Shown piece by piece: positions 62,439 through 64,000 of a stretch of 64,000 nt of DNA. Both the position numbers and the translations under genes were made by a program. The stretch lies in the NCBI GenBank assembly GCA_040954595.2, contig CM082593.2:9123200-9187199 (forward strand), in the 5' to 3' direction. This DNA comes from Balanoglossus misakiensis (lineage: Eukaryota > Animalia > Hemichordata). Below the pieces are notes generated by a model, which worked only from the letters and a program-made list of their open reading frames with translations, made no database searches and had not been told where the DNA came from. The stretch's first letter is position 1. Each line of letters opens with the position of its first letter.

Positions 62439-62546
62439 ATGTCAATAAGAGAGCAGATCTTTGTGAACGCCAGTGTGTGAATACAGCAGGCTCTTTTTAT
62501 TGCACTTGTTCTGTGGGATATTGATTGGTCAATGGAGAGTGTACAG
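62439..62546 (+). pseudogene. cbEGF exon type A with TGA and a 9-bp deletion
   Basis: DVNKRADLCERQCVNTAGSFYCTCSVGY*LVNGECT. Confidence 0.8.
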
Positions 62547-63593
62547 GTAAGACCAGCACAATATGTGGACAACGAAAGGTCCAGTATCTGTAACTTTTGA
62601 ATTTTTATTCAGTATTTTTCTGGTTATCAACCATCATTTCTTGTTCAGCTCGATGGGTAAGCAATGTTGTTATGTGTAAACATTGTATTCAAGCCTGGGT
62701 CTGGACTTGGATGCAATTTGTCAATAATAACAGTGATTGGTAACTGCATGTTTACATAACTGGCTAACTGTTAAAGAGACCAGCTGTTCTATTTGGTGTG
62801 TGTACAGTACACATGCCATTGGCAGCTTATGGGTCAGCCAATGTTTGCCTGTTGATCTCTTGATGTGTGTGTGTGTGTGTGTGTGTCTGTCTGTATATGT
62901 ACTCCGGTGTAGACTTTTTTCTTGTATTATCCGTGAATGGGACCACCGTGTACTTAACACAATTTCTTACACTCATCAGGGATATTTTGGCTTGTCTAAC
63001 ACGAGCTAAAAATATCCCCAACTCGTCTGAGAAATCTTTTACCAGGTCCTAAGGTTGTAAGACTAATAGAATCTCACACTCCCAAGGACTTGGGATCATA
63101 TTTCTCACATGTGTTGAGGATTTTCTGTCCCAAACAAGCTGCAGTCGAGTGTGGGACAAAATATCCCTGACGAGTGTGAGAAATATGATCCCAGGTCCTT
63201 GGTGTGTGAGATTATATTTCTCACACGGCCACAAATTAGCCAAATTCGTTTTAAAACATTAAATAAATGACTCTTGAACTGTCATCTGGCACGTTGTAGT
63301 TTCTGTATCATAGGATAACATTTAGCTTTGTCATCCAATCTGAATCAGCGCTTGTGTCATATGAGCTTTCGATTCAGTGAGAATGTGTGATTGATTTGTT
63401 GTTCATTGTTCAGGTGCACAACAGTGCACGTTAATTGATTGTCAAGGCCTCCAGCCCATAGGTAAGAGGGCATAAAGGTAATCAGAAAATTGTACGAAAA
63501 TGAAATAAATAATACATGTACTCAAATAATATAAATGGCAACATCAAGCAGCACTTGTGTGGAAGTACGTACTCGGGATACAAAGTGAGGAAC

Positions 63594-64000
63594 TTAGCAG
63601 ATTAAGTTTTTTAACACATTTTCTCTAAGTTTAAAGGCATTGTAAACATAAATACTTGAGGATTCTGATGCGCTCATGATATTAACAAACATTTGAATGT
63701 GGGGAATTTTAGTGTAACCAATATATTGTTTTCTAAGACTGTCATATAAGGGGCAAACAAGTAAAAAGTGATACTCGTCTTCTATTTGTGCACCAGAGCA
63801 TAGCCTACAGTGTCTCTCTGAAACGTCCACATTCTGATCTCTTCCCTCCTCTATTGCAAGAGGAAGGGCAGAACAGCGAAAACATGCAAAAATGTCTTTG
63901 ACATTACGTGTACAGTTGACATTAACTACTTTTCAGGCTGTAACAATTATTTAAAATGTGTGTATGTACGGAGTTTGGTTTTGGACGGACAGTGTGATTT
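63594..64000 (-). mobile_element. 3' end of a LINE ORF2 (RTE-X-like)
   Basis: RCSAFPLAIEEGR...ERHCRLCSGAQIEDEYHFLLVCPLY is a C-terminal CCHC zinc-knuckle motif. Confidence 0.8.

Overview
AT-rich animal genomic DNA, probably a marine invertebrate such as a deuterostome (inferred from the transposon repertoire and intron-exon style). I see no intact host gene. There are three layers. (1) Large mobile elements: a degenerate Academ-like DNA transposon with ~1.5 kb TIRs (122-5389); an internally deleted Kolobok-like element with THAP and PYQFEP-protein remnants (6270-7856); a nearly complete Ngaro-type tyrosine-recombinase retrotransposon with A1-B1-A2-B2 split direct repeats (18903-24439); a 5.6 kb CACTA element carrying a BEN-domain fragment (45786-51359); and piggyBac-, Tigger/pogo-, Kolobok-, hAT- and Helentron-like non-autonomous elements. 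(2) Nested tandem segmental duplications that copied fragments of a MED25 gene two to three times, all with disabling lesions. (3) A four-exon cassette of phase-1/phase-1 calcium-binding EGF exons repeated about 3-4 times and placed next to the MED25 fragments in the same orientation. All family assignments come from recognising motifs and termini by eye; no database search was run. I found nothing I can call a clearly new system. The best leads are the SAM-like Ngaro gag, the ATG-less RT frame, the MED25/EGF exon mosaic and the BEN-carrying CACTA.
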